Shown here: positions 53,318 through 64,000 of the stretch, one piece after another | How positions within the stretch are numbered: position 1 is the stretch's first letter | Layout of the letters: each line of letters starts with the position of its first letter | Assembly (NCBI RefSeq): GCF_009914755.1 | Contig: NC_060929.1 | Direction: 5' to 3' (one strand) | Length of the DNA stretch: 64,000 nucleotides | From: the human T2T-CHM13v2.0 reference genome, Homo sapiens | The notes under the pieces: model-generated | What the model was told of the DNA's origin: nothing | What the model saw: only the letters and a program-made list of their open reading frames with translations | The model's database searches: none | Translations under genes and position numbers: made by a program

Positions 53318-53599
53318 GAGAGATTTAGTTGGGTAGAAGGAGAGTGAGCTTGTGCCTTGGCTATATGCTGACAGCGGAAAGATTTTACTGTTCTATAGAA
53401 AAATGTCTGAATATAAATTGGCACACACAGGATGTATTAAATAACTGTTCAATATTTTCTTTATCCCTATGTGTGGAAATTTGTAATTACAAATGTTTTC
53501 ATTTACAGATCTAATGGCATTACAGAATCATGTCTACAGATCGTGCATAGTGAAATCTATTTCAACAACTCAAAGAGTTTAAAGGACATATCCTTCAAA

Positions 53600-54720
53600 A
53601 ATAGGAACCTAAACCTCATTGATTATATTGCCATCTTCTACTCCTTACTATTTCGCGGTTGGCTTTTTATCCCACTATTTTTTTTTAATTATCTATGCAA
53701 GATCACAAATAACCTCTTAATTGATACGTTAGTACCAGTTTTCATTCTTTTTCCTTTCCCTAGTATTTAAAAATGCAAATCAACCACTACTTGAAGCTTT
53801 TGTTTCCTTACTTAGATGATCATTTTTTTCTGTTTTCCCTTCATAGTTCTTAACCAATTTCATGATTCCTGCATATAAACAATCTTCATGGTTAATTTTT
53901 TACCTTTCCTCCTTCTATTTTTACTATTTCTAAATAAATTACCTAGACTCTTTAAGAATGAACCATTTCAAATCTCTTCCTAGCCTACCTGGCCAGTGTT
54001 AATTCCTTTTTCTAAATGTCTACTAGACATTAACCAATTAATGTTATTCAGTGGTAGCTACATATACCTTCAGGCTTATCTTTGGAGACAAAATAGTGAG
54101 GAAAAGCAAGATAGCCATTGCCATCACGGTTCCTTAATTCTTATGGGAAAACTAGAATTCAAATAATCACACAAATTAATGTAAAATTAAATATGTGATA
54201 AAGGGTATGAGCAAGTATGTTATAAGAGCATGACCTAGAGAAGGCTGTTGCTGGAAGTCATGTTTAAAGTGAGATGTAAAGACTTTTAGTAGAAATTAAG
54301 TAGGTGAAAAGGAGAGATATGGTGTTCCAGACAATGAAAATCACAGGTTTAAAGGTCATTAGCGAGCATGTCCTGGTTTGTTTGTATCTGAAAAAGGCCA
54401 GTGTGGCTGGAGCACATGTGAGATGAAGCTAGCTAGGAGATGACAGAGCTTAATGTCCTTTGTAAGCTGTGACAAAGAATTTTTATCTGTATCCTAAGAG
54501 CAAATTTTTAAGCAATGTGAGGAGTGGTGTGGTATGACAGACGCTCAGTTTGAAAATATAATACTAGGTACAGATTGGAGAAAACACTTGGGGGAGCCAA
54601 CAGAGGTACAGAACAGTGAAGAAACCCACTGAGGTGGTCTAGATAAAGGATAATCACACAGCAGGCTAAGCCATAGTGATGTACTGATTTGGAAGTGGCA
54701 GTAAGAGAAAGGAGGTTCGA
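53600..54720. mobile_element. L2 fragments (sense then antisense)
   Basis: Pyrimidine-rich L2 text to about 54030, then antisense L2a-like text (aaataatcacacaaattaatgtaaaatta...aaggccagtgtggctggagca). Confidence 0.6.
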
Positions 54721-54737
54721 TGATGAAGTCTTCCGAA

Positions 54738-54907
54738 GAGAGTTGTCAGATAAAATAAAAGGTGCCTAGTGAAATTTGCATTTCAGATAAACAATAACTT
54801 TTTTAGTGTATGACTCATGCAATATTTGAGAGATATAACACATGCATGCACGCACGCACACACACACACACACAATTCAAATTTATTTGCTAAATCTTAC
54901 AACCCGG
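54738..54907. mobile_element. MER53 palindromic MITE with an internal (CA)n
   Basis: gttgtcagataaaata..aggtgcctagt.aaatttg.atttcagataaacaa...aattcaaattt.atttgctaaatct..caaccc. Confidence 0.82.
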
Positions 54908-57900
54908 TTGCTGACTTGCCATTTCTGATTTAGAAACAATGGAAGAGAACCAGGAGAAGAACAGGAGTAATGTTTTGCTCATGTTTTCCTTTTAACTCCA
55001 GACACCTGAGAAGAAATGTGAACCAGGCACTTGGACCTTGAATCTGGAACTGAAAGGAAAGGTCTGGGCTGAAGTTATTTTTGTGCGGTTTCTTCAGAAA
55101 TATATCAAATTTCACATGTTCTAAACAAGCATATACTTTTAATTATCAAACCATTCCCTTCTATAGATTTCATCTTTGTATTAGTGATACACAAAGTAGC
55201 AGATATAACCTCTTATTATCCCCAAATAGCCATTATCCACAAGTAAGCAGAAATGATGAAACAATTATTATTGTATGTTTTGCTTTTATTTTGTCCTACT
55301 GATCCAGTCAATTATCAAATCTTTCTACTTATCACCCCAATATCTCTCAATATCAGTATCACTCACTATGTCTATTCTCTATTTTTTAAATCACATTAGT
55401 TAGAACACTCATTTTAAAAATAAATTCTAATCAGTCTCTAGTTTGTTGCTTCTAGGATCAATTTTTAAGCTTGTAATGCTTTGCTATTTATGATAAAATA
55501 AAGATCACTATGATCTTAATATTTTTGCCTGAAGTAACTAAAATAATTTTTCTTGACCGTAAGAGTCCAGAAGGCCAAACAAATCTTTCTATAAATGCAA
55601 ATATTTATGCTAAATGGATTTTCACTTTTACATGTAGTAAAGCTAAGCAGTTGAACACATAGAAAAATTGTTTATTTATTATCCAAGAAATGATCGCTTA
55701 AGAATGGATGAGATAAGAGATAAGATAGACAAAAGTGTTAGGAATCAACCTGACAATTTAAATGGTAAACTTTTGATTTATGATCATGTTGACCACTTAA
55801 GCATGAACCTGTTAACACAGGATGTGAGTATAGTATTAAGAAGATACAGATCTTTCAGAGGAAAAAATATTTATTGGTATTTTTCACCTAGCAATTCATA
55901 ATTATTTTGAGTTAAAAATGATTTTCATGTCTCTCCAATCCCAAAGTACACAACTATCACTCTTACAGTGACACTATTGTTCAATTTTCAGTAAGTAAGG
56001 AATGCTTCTAGTTTCACAACTGTGCTATTACTGGAGATGAGGCTTATCGCACACTCACTTTTGTGCTGGGAGTACTTCTATTCTGCTATTTCAAGCATGA
56101 ACAGCACACTATTAGGTAAATAAATCTGTGCACAGTGAAGAATGAGCATGACCTAACAAAAAGCAGTAAAATAAAAACCAAAAGACTTCCTGAGTTACTT
56201 GATCTTTATTGGTAGAGATTATCCATCAATTTTCTTATAACCTAATGTATTTCTGAATCCACACTGGGGATATTATCTAATCTTTTTCTCTTTGGGTAGT
56301 TAGATCCATACCTGCATGCTCTAAAGAAAGGATTGGACCATGTTGTAGAAAGTGGACAAGATTACTTTTAAAATAGAATGAGTTGGAGACCACTGAGATA
56401 ATAGAATATTAAGATAAATGGTCATTACTCATATGGTAAATGCAATTGGAGATTATTTGAAGGCGGTCACCTGCTGGGAAATAAACTTTCAAGAAAAATA
56501 TAACTTCTCGATGGAGGCTGTCATTTGACCCCATTATTGTACCTTGTCAGTGATATCTTTCATCTCCAATGGGATGGCATGTGCTAGTCAGTTTTGTGGT
56601 TATATGTCAAGTCATTCAATTCCTGTATATGTCTTTCAAAACATGGAAGGGCAGGGATGAGAAGGGGGAAGGGATATAAACTGACTTTGAACTCAAGATG
56701 GACTCTGTGGTTACTTTATCAAAACGTAAGAGTCTCTATTCCCATGACCTTGTCTAAACCTTTCTTAACATTTCATTTTTTCCTAGCATACATCAAATCT
56801 TCATGCCAAACTCACCTTAAAAAAAGATATCTCCTTTCATTCCTTTTATTCAAATTTGTTTCTCCTCAGTGGCTCCACATCTAGAATGCTGTCCCTTCCC
56901 ATCTCTGGCTGAATTCTTAATTTACTCCTCTCACCCATAAGCTGTTGTCCCCTGAGGTGACGAAGTAACAGAGACTTGCATCATTTGACTCTCAGAAGCA
57001 TAAAGACCAGGATAGAAATAAAGTTCATCCCGAAATGACAGTCAAGGGCTGTCCAAACGCAAGTGAGAATCAGAGAGGAAACTAAAGCAATATTCGAAGT
57101 CCCTTTGCAATAGTCTTCTCCAAATTCTCCCAGTACCAAACCCTGAGAATTTGCAAAGAAAAAGGAAGAAGGGGCAGGTGGCTAACATGTATCTTGTCCT
57201 TTGCCACTTTTAAAATCATAGCACCAAGGCAAAGCCAGATGCCTCTCCATCTCGTGCAATATTGAGAATCCTGAAAGGTGCAGATATTGCATACCAACGA
57301 GGGTTGCCTTCCCTATGTCTTCCTTGATCATCAGGGTTGTAAAGAACCCTAAGCAAATTTGCATCCAGACGTACGCAGAGGAAATCTAATGTGATAATCT
57401 TGGGTCAAAAGGAATAATAGGACAACATTATGTAAGGTATGGACACGATATTATGCTTTGAGAGATTAGCAGATGTCGAGGATGATTTGAAGAACATGAT
57501 TCAAAATAAAGGTAAGGAGGTAGGCAGAAGTGTGACCATGGAGGACCTTATCAGCTATATTTAAAATTCTGGTATATATCTTAAAAGTCATTTAAAAATT
57601 CTTTAATAATAAATGTCTATCATATTATATGCTTAATGTAGAAGATCTCATTAAAATACCATTCCTACAGCAAATATTTGTTTGGTGCCTGCTACATACA
57701 AGTCACTGAAGTGCTTCCTCCTCTAATAATTTCTTGACTCCTCAAATGAGATTTGAACCCTGCTTCATCCAAATCCTTATAGCATTTTTATCATTAGTTT
57801 TAAATTTCTCATTGTGTAATATATATTTTAAACTTACATATGACATGTTAACCTCTGGCCCTTTGTCAAAATTTACAAAAGATCATTATTTCTTTATTGT

Positions 57901-58644
57901 TGTTACTTTTGCAGTTAAAATACTTCCTAGAACAATATTGTTTGTACTATGAGTTTATTTTGGGGTTCTCTTTAGCAACAGAGAAGCAAGAATTATTAGG
58001 AGATCAAAATGACCCTAAATCCAATTTTGATATCTTCTGTATTTTAAATTATAAAGGAGATCTGACACAATATAAAGTCCTCAAATTCCAAACTCTCACA
58101 TACTGAAGTCCTTTCCAGAGGTGCTGATGTTGCTTAACTCTTCATTTCACTGTCTTTCATCTGTAATGTAACAAAGACATTTGAGATCAGTGACCACAAG
58201 CAGATCATATTAGTAGGCCTGCTATCAACTTGTCATATCAGTGCTTAGTTACTCTCACTAAATTCATTTTGTGTTGTTGAGTAACATAGGCAAGGAGTTC
58301 AGAGAATTCATGATAATAATCATGGAGATGAAAAGATTGGCAGGGAGGAATCATTATGGAGTTAAGCAAGTTTACACCCTATCCAATTAACTTCAACACT
58401 ACTATCAGAATTAACAACTGAAAGTAAAACAAACAAAAAAAGGCTTCATCACTAAGGAAGAATAATTCTTTATAAAAATAATTGATACTGTATTCAAGTA
58501 TTTCTGAACATGTGTCGGTAAACCAGAATCATCTCAATTAAGTAGGTGTCACGGATCGTAAATATTTCCTAAATACGCTGCTATGGAAATGATCATTACT
58601 TTTTAACATTCTCGAAAGTTAAATTAAAGAATGAAGACTCCAGA

Positions 58645-58945
58645 TTATTGTTTCTCAAAGATTGGTTCATGGACAATTTGCATTAGAATAATGTGTGCTT
58701 TATTTATTCATTCATTTGTTAGTAATTTATTCACTCATGCTTTCATCAACTATTTATTGTTTATCATAGGACAAGTATTGTTTAATGTTCTGGAGTTGTA
58801 GTGGTGAAACTAAGAAAGCACCTTCTCTTGCTATTAAAGATGGGTATTATTAAAAAGGAAATTATCCTAGGCCCAACACTGACCTACCAAATATGAATAT
58901 ATGGTGATTAGACCATCCAAACTTCTGTCTTAGATTTATAGGTAA
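58645..58945. mobile_element. MER5-like remnant with an L2 3' tail
   Basis: tgtttctcaaag..tggttcatggac...gcattagaat, then an antisense L2 tail (ttcattcatt...tatttattg), then attaaaa...cctaggccc. Confidence 0.4.
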
Positions 58946-61705
58946 ACTTTGCAATTGGGAGAAAAACTGCCCACAGTTAATCATTTCTGTGAGATACAAC
59001 TTTTAAATAATGTACATTTTTCCACCATTTGTTTCCCCAAAACTATATACTTGAAATAAATAAAGAGTTCTCTTTCCTTATGTATAAGCACATGTATAAA
59101 CACAGACAACCCTCCAATTTTCTCACTCATGTAGGGGACTGAAGACACAACTAGAAATATATAATCCTCTGTTATTTGGGCAGGAGGCTTCCGTTAAGCA
59201 TTACATGAACACTTCAATAGACTTATTCAAGCCTGACCACTTTTTCTATGATTTTTACTTTTGATTACTTCTGTTCTGTTTTCATCCCCTGACCATCTTT
59301 TAAAAAATACATATTTAGTAATACAGATTGGATATGACTTATTGTTTCATCTGTTTCACAAATGACATTCATATTTTTCAGATTATAAATTTAGCCTAAT
59401 GTCAAAGTTTTCTTATAGTGAACCTACAATTCTGCCTCTTTAATTACAATTTAAGCCCAGACCTCTTTCATGTTTTCTAACTGGATTCTTTTTCCCCCAT
59501 AGCTTTCCTAATTATTCTTTCACTCATGCCATTTTTGGGTGGGAAGGGGATCAATATCTTAACTAAATTTTTTTCTAATGTGTCACCTTCTGGTGTTAGA
59601 AGGCTTAGGCCCCACACAGCCAATAAAGTTAGCAAAGTCACTGCCCCCAAGATAAAGTGAGACTAATTTGCTTTGGCAGCCAACATGTCCCAAGAGATTT
59701 GGGAGCCCAGCCAACCTGAACTCGGAAGCAGTGATAAAGCTGTCGACTGCCCAAGATTCCCCTCACTCTGATTCAGTGCAAAAAGGGTGGTACAGGACAA
59801 AGTGGTACCCAAATAGATTTTTTGCAGCCTAGATTTCATCCAGAGTATGGTGCTATGAACCAAGCCACAATTAAGACAGGAAATAATGTAGAATAAAGCA
59901 ATGCATCTTTGACAGAAAACATTTTAGGGTATCAAAATAGCATGCTAATTATACAGTGATTTTTCTGCAACTGTGGAAACTACAAATACTTTCCTAAGTA
60001 TAATTTAAATGGCTTCATTTAGTTGCATTTTATGACCCCCAATACTCCTGTGAATTTACGGAAGCACATTTAGAAGAACAGAGTTGCGATGTCACCTATT
60101 TACTTGAAGGCTTTCAGTTGAATATATTTTTTTCCAGTGGATTACCATGAAATACCCCTGCAAAGAGCATATTCAAGATGTTCTTAATTAGCTTCAGAGC
60201 AGGTATGCACTGCTAGCAATTTCACAGTGTCAGGGTCAAATATAGTGATCATCATTGCATCATTTCATACATGGAAATTCCCTTAGAAAAGTTAATCATG
60301 TAGAAATTTTAAAAATTCTGAACCCTGACATTCAATGTGTACAAGAAGAAACAAATATGACCAAATGGAACAAGATAGTAATAAACAAATAACAATAATA
60401 ATGATAAATGTGCATTTTTAATAATCATTAAATTTAGAATCTTTGATTCACATTGCATATGTATACCATATAAAACTTATTTATAGCTCTGCAAAGTTCT
60501 ATGGGCCTAATTTTCACATTTTTCATAATTAAACTTGAAGACACATTTTAGAATTTTGTAGGAATTAATAGAATGTACTTTCTGTGATGCTATCTTAAAG
60601 ATTCTTAGAAAATTGCTTGTATTTTGAAGTATTTTATGATGAATGAATCTTCTGTATATTATACAAGATACCACAGTTTGCTGACATTTGAGGTTTTCTT
60701 TGATACCAAGGCAAGAAAATGAAATACTTAGATTCATATTCCTAATTTCTCTCCCCATTTATTTCTGTCATCCTGCTGTTTGTCAGCTGCAAACCTAGCT
60801 CTTACCTCTAGGCAAGCAGGCAAGCAAGCGTCTCTTTCCTGAACTAATAGCCATGTAGCTCCTTGAATTAATTGGCAAGTCAATGGTGCAGCCTGTGTGT
60901 TGTTTCCCCAGGAGACCTGGTACTTCACATCAGCAACTTTTTGAATTCAGTTTGGCCTTAAGTTTGCTCCCAATCTTAACCCTTTTTTGGCCTCTTATAT
61001 TCAAATGGATGGTCATATTGAGTATATTGCATATACAGTACAAGGATACATCTATCAATAAAACTCGAGAAAAGTGGGAAAGAGCCACTGATTTTTTACA
61101 AAATAACTAAAACATGCTTTTAAGGAAGTCTCTTGTAAAAAATTATTTTTTGTTTTGATGATTTATATAAAGGAAGATCTTTAAGAGACTCTTAAGAAAA
61201 CCCATTTTTATGTGTTTTGCTGGATAGTTTCTATTTTAAATTATTTAAATTCTTAATTCCTTATACTTATTTAATCTTAGCAGAATAGATTGAAAATTAG
61301 AAGTTTTACTCCTGACTTGATCACAGACTTTTAAAATAATCTTGGAAACTCAACATAAAGTAGGTTTTCTTCTGTGTAAGATTAACAATTTAGGTAAGGT
61401 AAGACCTTTTCCAATTCCAAATTTCTGGATATATTTTAAAAATTCAGCCAGTGATTTGAAATATATTGTCAGTGATAAAGACAGAGCCTCAAATGCTTTT
61501 AATTATTTTAATTAGTTTTTCTGCTTAACAGAAATAACTTCACTGGAGCTCAGGTGTTCTGCTTCATTTTTTATTCAATCACTACCTGAATTGAATGATT
61601 CATGAGTAATTTTAGCAAGAACTGCTTGGAAATTATTCCCTTCAAATGACCCAGTGTTTCAGATAAGAACCATCCAGTGGAAAATAGTTTGAGTCACATA
61701 AGTAA

Positions 61706-61867
61706 TTTTTTTTTCCCAGAGATGGGGTTCTCGCTTAGTCACCAAAGATAGATTGGGTGTGATTGCAGTGGTACAATCACAGCTTAGCTCACTGCTGGCT
61801 TGACTCCTGGCTCAAGGGATCCTCCCCTCTCAGTCTCCCAAAGTGCTGATTAGAGGCATGAGCCACA
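61706..61867 (-). mobile_element. Alu monomer (FAM/FRAM-like with a left-arm-like head)
   Basis: Antisense: poly-T, ...gcagtggtacaatcacagct...ctcctggctcaagggatcctccc...ctcccaaagtgctg...gcatgagccac. Confidence 0.75.
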
Positions 61868-61879
61868 GTTATTTCATAT

Positions 61880-62046
61880 ATTTATTTGTTTATTTTTGAG
61901 AAGGAGGATCACTCTGTCACCCAGGCTGGAGTATAGTGGCTCAATCACAGTTCACTGCAGCCTCCAACTTTTGGACTCAAGCAATCCTCCCACTTCAGCC
62001 TCTCAGATAACTGGGAACTGTAGGCGTGTGGCACCATGAGAGAACC
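61880..62046 (-). mobile_element. Alu monomer (FRAM/right-arm type)
   Basis: Antisense: tttttgag...ctctgtcacccaggctggagt...cactgcagcctc...ctcaagcaatcctcccacttcagcc...ctgtaggcgtgtggcacca. Confidence 0.85.
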
Positions 62047-63049
62047 CACCTAAGTAATTCTAAATTTTCTAGTAGTCACATTTGAAAACTAAAAAGAAAC
62101 AGATGCAATTATTTTTAATATATATTTTAAGCCAATATATTCAAAAATTGTCATTAAGACATATAGTCAATATTTTAAAATATATTCATAAAATATTTTA
62201 CATTGTTTCTTCTTGTATATTTTATATTTTCAGTATATCTCAATTTAGGCAGTAAATTTGTATCAGAAATAATTTATCTGTATTTCAAATGCATAACATT
62301 TACAGTTGAAAAAGTGAATTTATAGCCGCAAGTTATTCCACACATACTTACAAAGCTTTTAGCTAATTTTAAAATTAAATTAAATTTAGTTAGATTTATA
62401 TTAAATTACAAAATTGAGTTTATTAGTGACACTAGCGACATTTCAAGTGCTCATGAAGCACATTTACTTCTGTATGTGTGGGTATCTACGCATAGATCCA
62501 CTTCTCATTGGAGATCAAACTTGAACATTTGCTGGCTTCTAATTTACCAACAAAAATTCTACAAAGGGCAAAAGAGATTTTCTGTTAAATACACACAGTT
62601 TAATGAAATGTTAAGATAAATAGTTTTGCCTGACTTTAAAAAAAAATTCTGGTTCTTCTCTACAAATATGTGTTGCTTATATGAAAAGTAATTATTATCC
62701 CAGACTTTTTATTTTTGAGGTAATCCAAGTCACCCACCCTGTTCTTTAAGTAATCTAAAATAAGAGGTAATCCTTGAAAAATATTTTTCTATTTTTTGCT
62801 GAGCTTTTACAATTTTTCAGGATAAAGCCTCTCAAGAGTGGAGAGAGAATATTGTCTAAATCAAAATATTTAAATATACTTGGGCCTTGATTTCCTAAGT
62901 ACATATACTACAAATTATCTTTTTGAAGCTCAGATTTCCTAAGCTATGAGTGAAAGTTACTGGAGAAGAGGAAAGGTTTTTAACTTTGGATATGGTATTT
63001 TTTTTTAACAACAACTATTTATTCATTGTGAAAAGCACAGCTAAACATC

Positions 63050-63230
63050 AGATTTTAGAGCTGAAAGAAAATGAAAGATCATCTAAACTAAATCACGCAT
63101 TGCACAGGTAAAAACACTGAGCCCCAGAGACGCAAAGTGACTTGTCTAAGATCACATAATTTTGTCACACATCTTGGGCTGGAACTCAGGTTTTTGATTT
63201 TTCTAGTCAGTACTTCCCCCAAGCATTATG
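63050..63230 (-). mobile_element. MIR3/MIRc
   Basis: ttttagagctgaaag...agatcatctaa...cactgagccccagaga...aagtgacttgtctaagatcaca...ggaactcagg. Confidence 0.72.
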
Positions 63231-64000
63231 TATTAATGGATGATCATAAATAAAAGATTGCAAAATTGGTATACTTAATTCCAAAAGGCTGGTACGTAAG
63301 GACATAGAACAATAGAAAATTTAATTCTCACTTCTGCATACCAAAACACATTCCTAAATCGTAGCAATAACTATTTTGCTCATTAGATACTTTTACTCTC
63401 TCTAATCCTGAAGAAGTGCTTAGAACCCCATATAAATGCAGACAATACAAACTAAAAACATCATAAAATTTACTATAAAACTTTTTAAAAAAGAGTAAAT
63501 ATTGCAAATGAAGTCCTCTTAAAGTGGAAGGTGAAGATCAATATATTCAATAGGGCACAAACACCCTTTGCATATAGAGGAGCTTGTTTTAACTATACAT
63601 ATGAAATGATAACAAAATGAATATATCAGTTTACTTCACCAGATACATTATATTTTACCTACAAATAGTAACCTAATTAAAAATACTGAATCATATTCTT
63701 GTTCAAAAAGTGTATAAGTTTAACACAGATGTTATCGAAGTAAAATTCAGAAATTCATTTACAAGTCAGATTTGTTAGATGCCTGTAGATTGATAATAAA
63801 TTAATTTTCCAAACATTTCAAGTTTGTAAAGAATGAATATTTCAGGCTAATCTAAACTCATGTAATTCTAAAAAGTTAATCAAAAATTACTACTTAAAAT
63901 ATTGATAATTATGGAAGCTAAATGTTGAATACATGGTAGTTCATTCATTTATTTTCTCTACTTTCATATATATATTTAACATTTTCATAATACAAAACCT

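Larger units (their letters stand above)
61670..62495. mobile_element. MER33/Charlie5-family hAT element split by an Alu monomer pair
   Basis: gagtcacataagtaatt | ctaaattttctagtagtcacattt...aaaaagaaacag...ctagcgacatttcaagtgctca. Confidence 0.75.

Noticed and set aside
54800-54850. miR-1302 locus
   Set aside because: The arm that would give the mature sequence is diverged and interrupted by CA repeats.

Overview
AT-rich, CpG-depleted primate genomic DNA (Alu, THE1D, MER41 and LTR12C point to human or another ape). It reads as a gene desert or a very large intron. I found no protein-coding gene, no intact structural RNA gene and no CRISPR array. The supplied ORFs are repeat-derived (Alu, L1, Tigger1, LTR12C, microsatellites) or chance. 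The window holds layered transposon insertions: Alu J/S/Y and monomers, L1PA/PB/MA/ME, L2, MIR, the LTRs MLT1/MLT2/MST/THE1D/MER41A/MER67/LTR12C, and the DNA elements Tigger1, MER8, MER1B, MER5, MER53 and MER33-like. Between them are repeat-poor blocks with enhancer-like islands. The most notable items are: a TSD-flanked tailless 5S rRNA retrocopy; a solo LTR12C inserted inside an Alu with a clean 4-bp TSD; a non-canonical Alu monomer-monomer unit sharing one TSD; a strong CTCF motif; a 45-nt candidate exon with a perfect TACTAAC branch point; an overlapping TEAD/STAT/NF-kB motif; and several fold-back (template-switch-like) scars. Repeat subfamily names come from recalled consensus sequences and need RepeatMasker/Dfam confirmation. 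I see no convincing evidence of a wholly new biological system.
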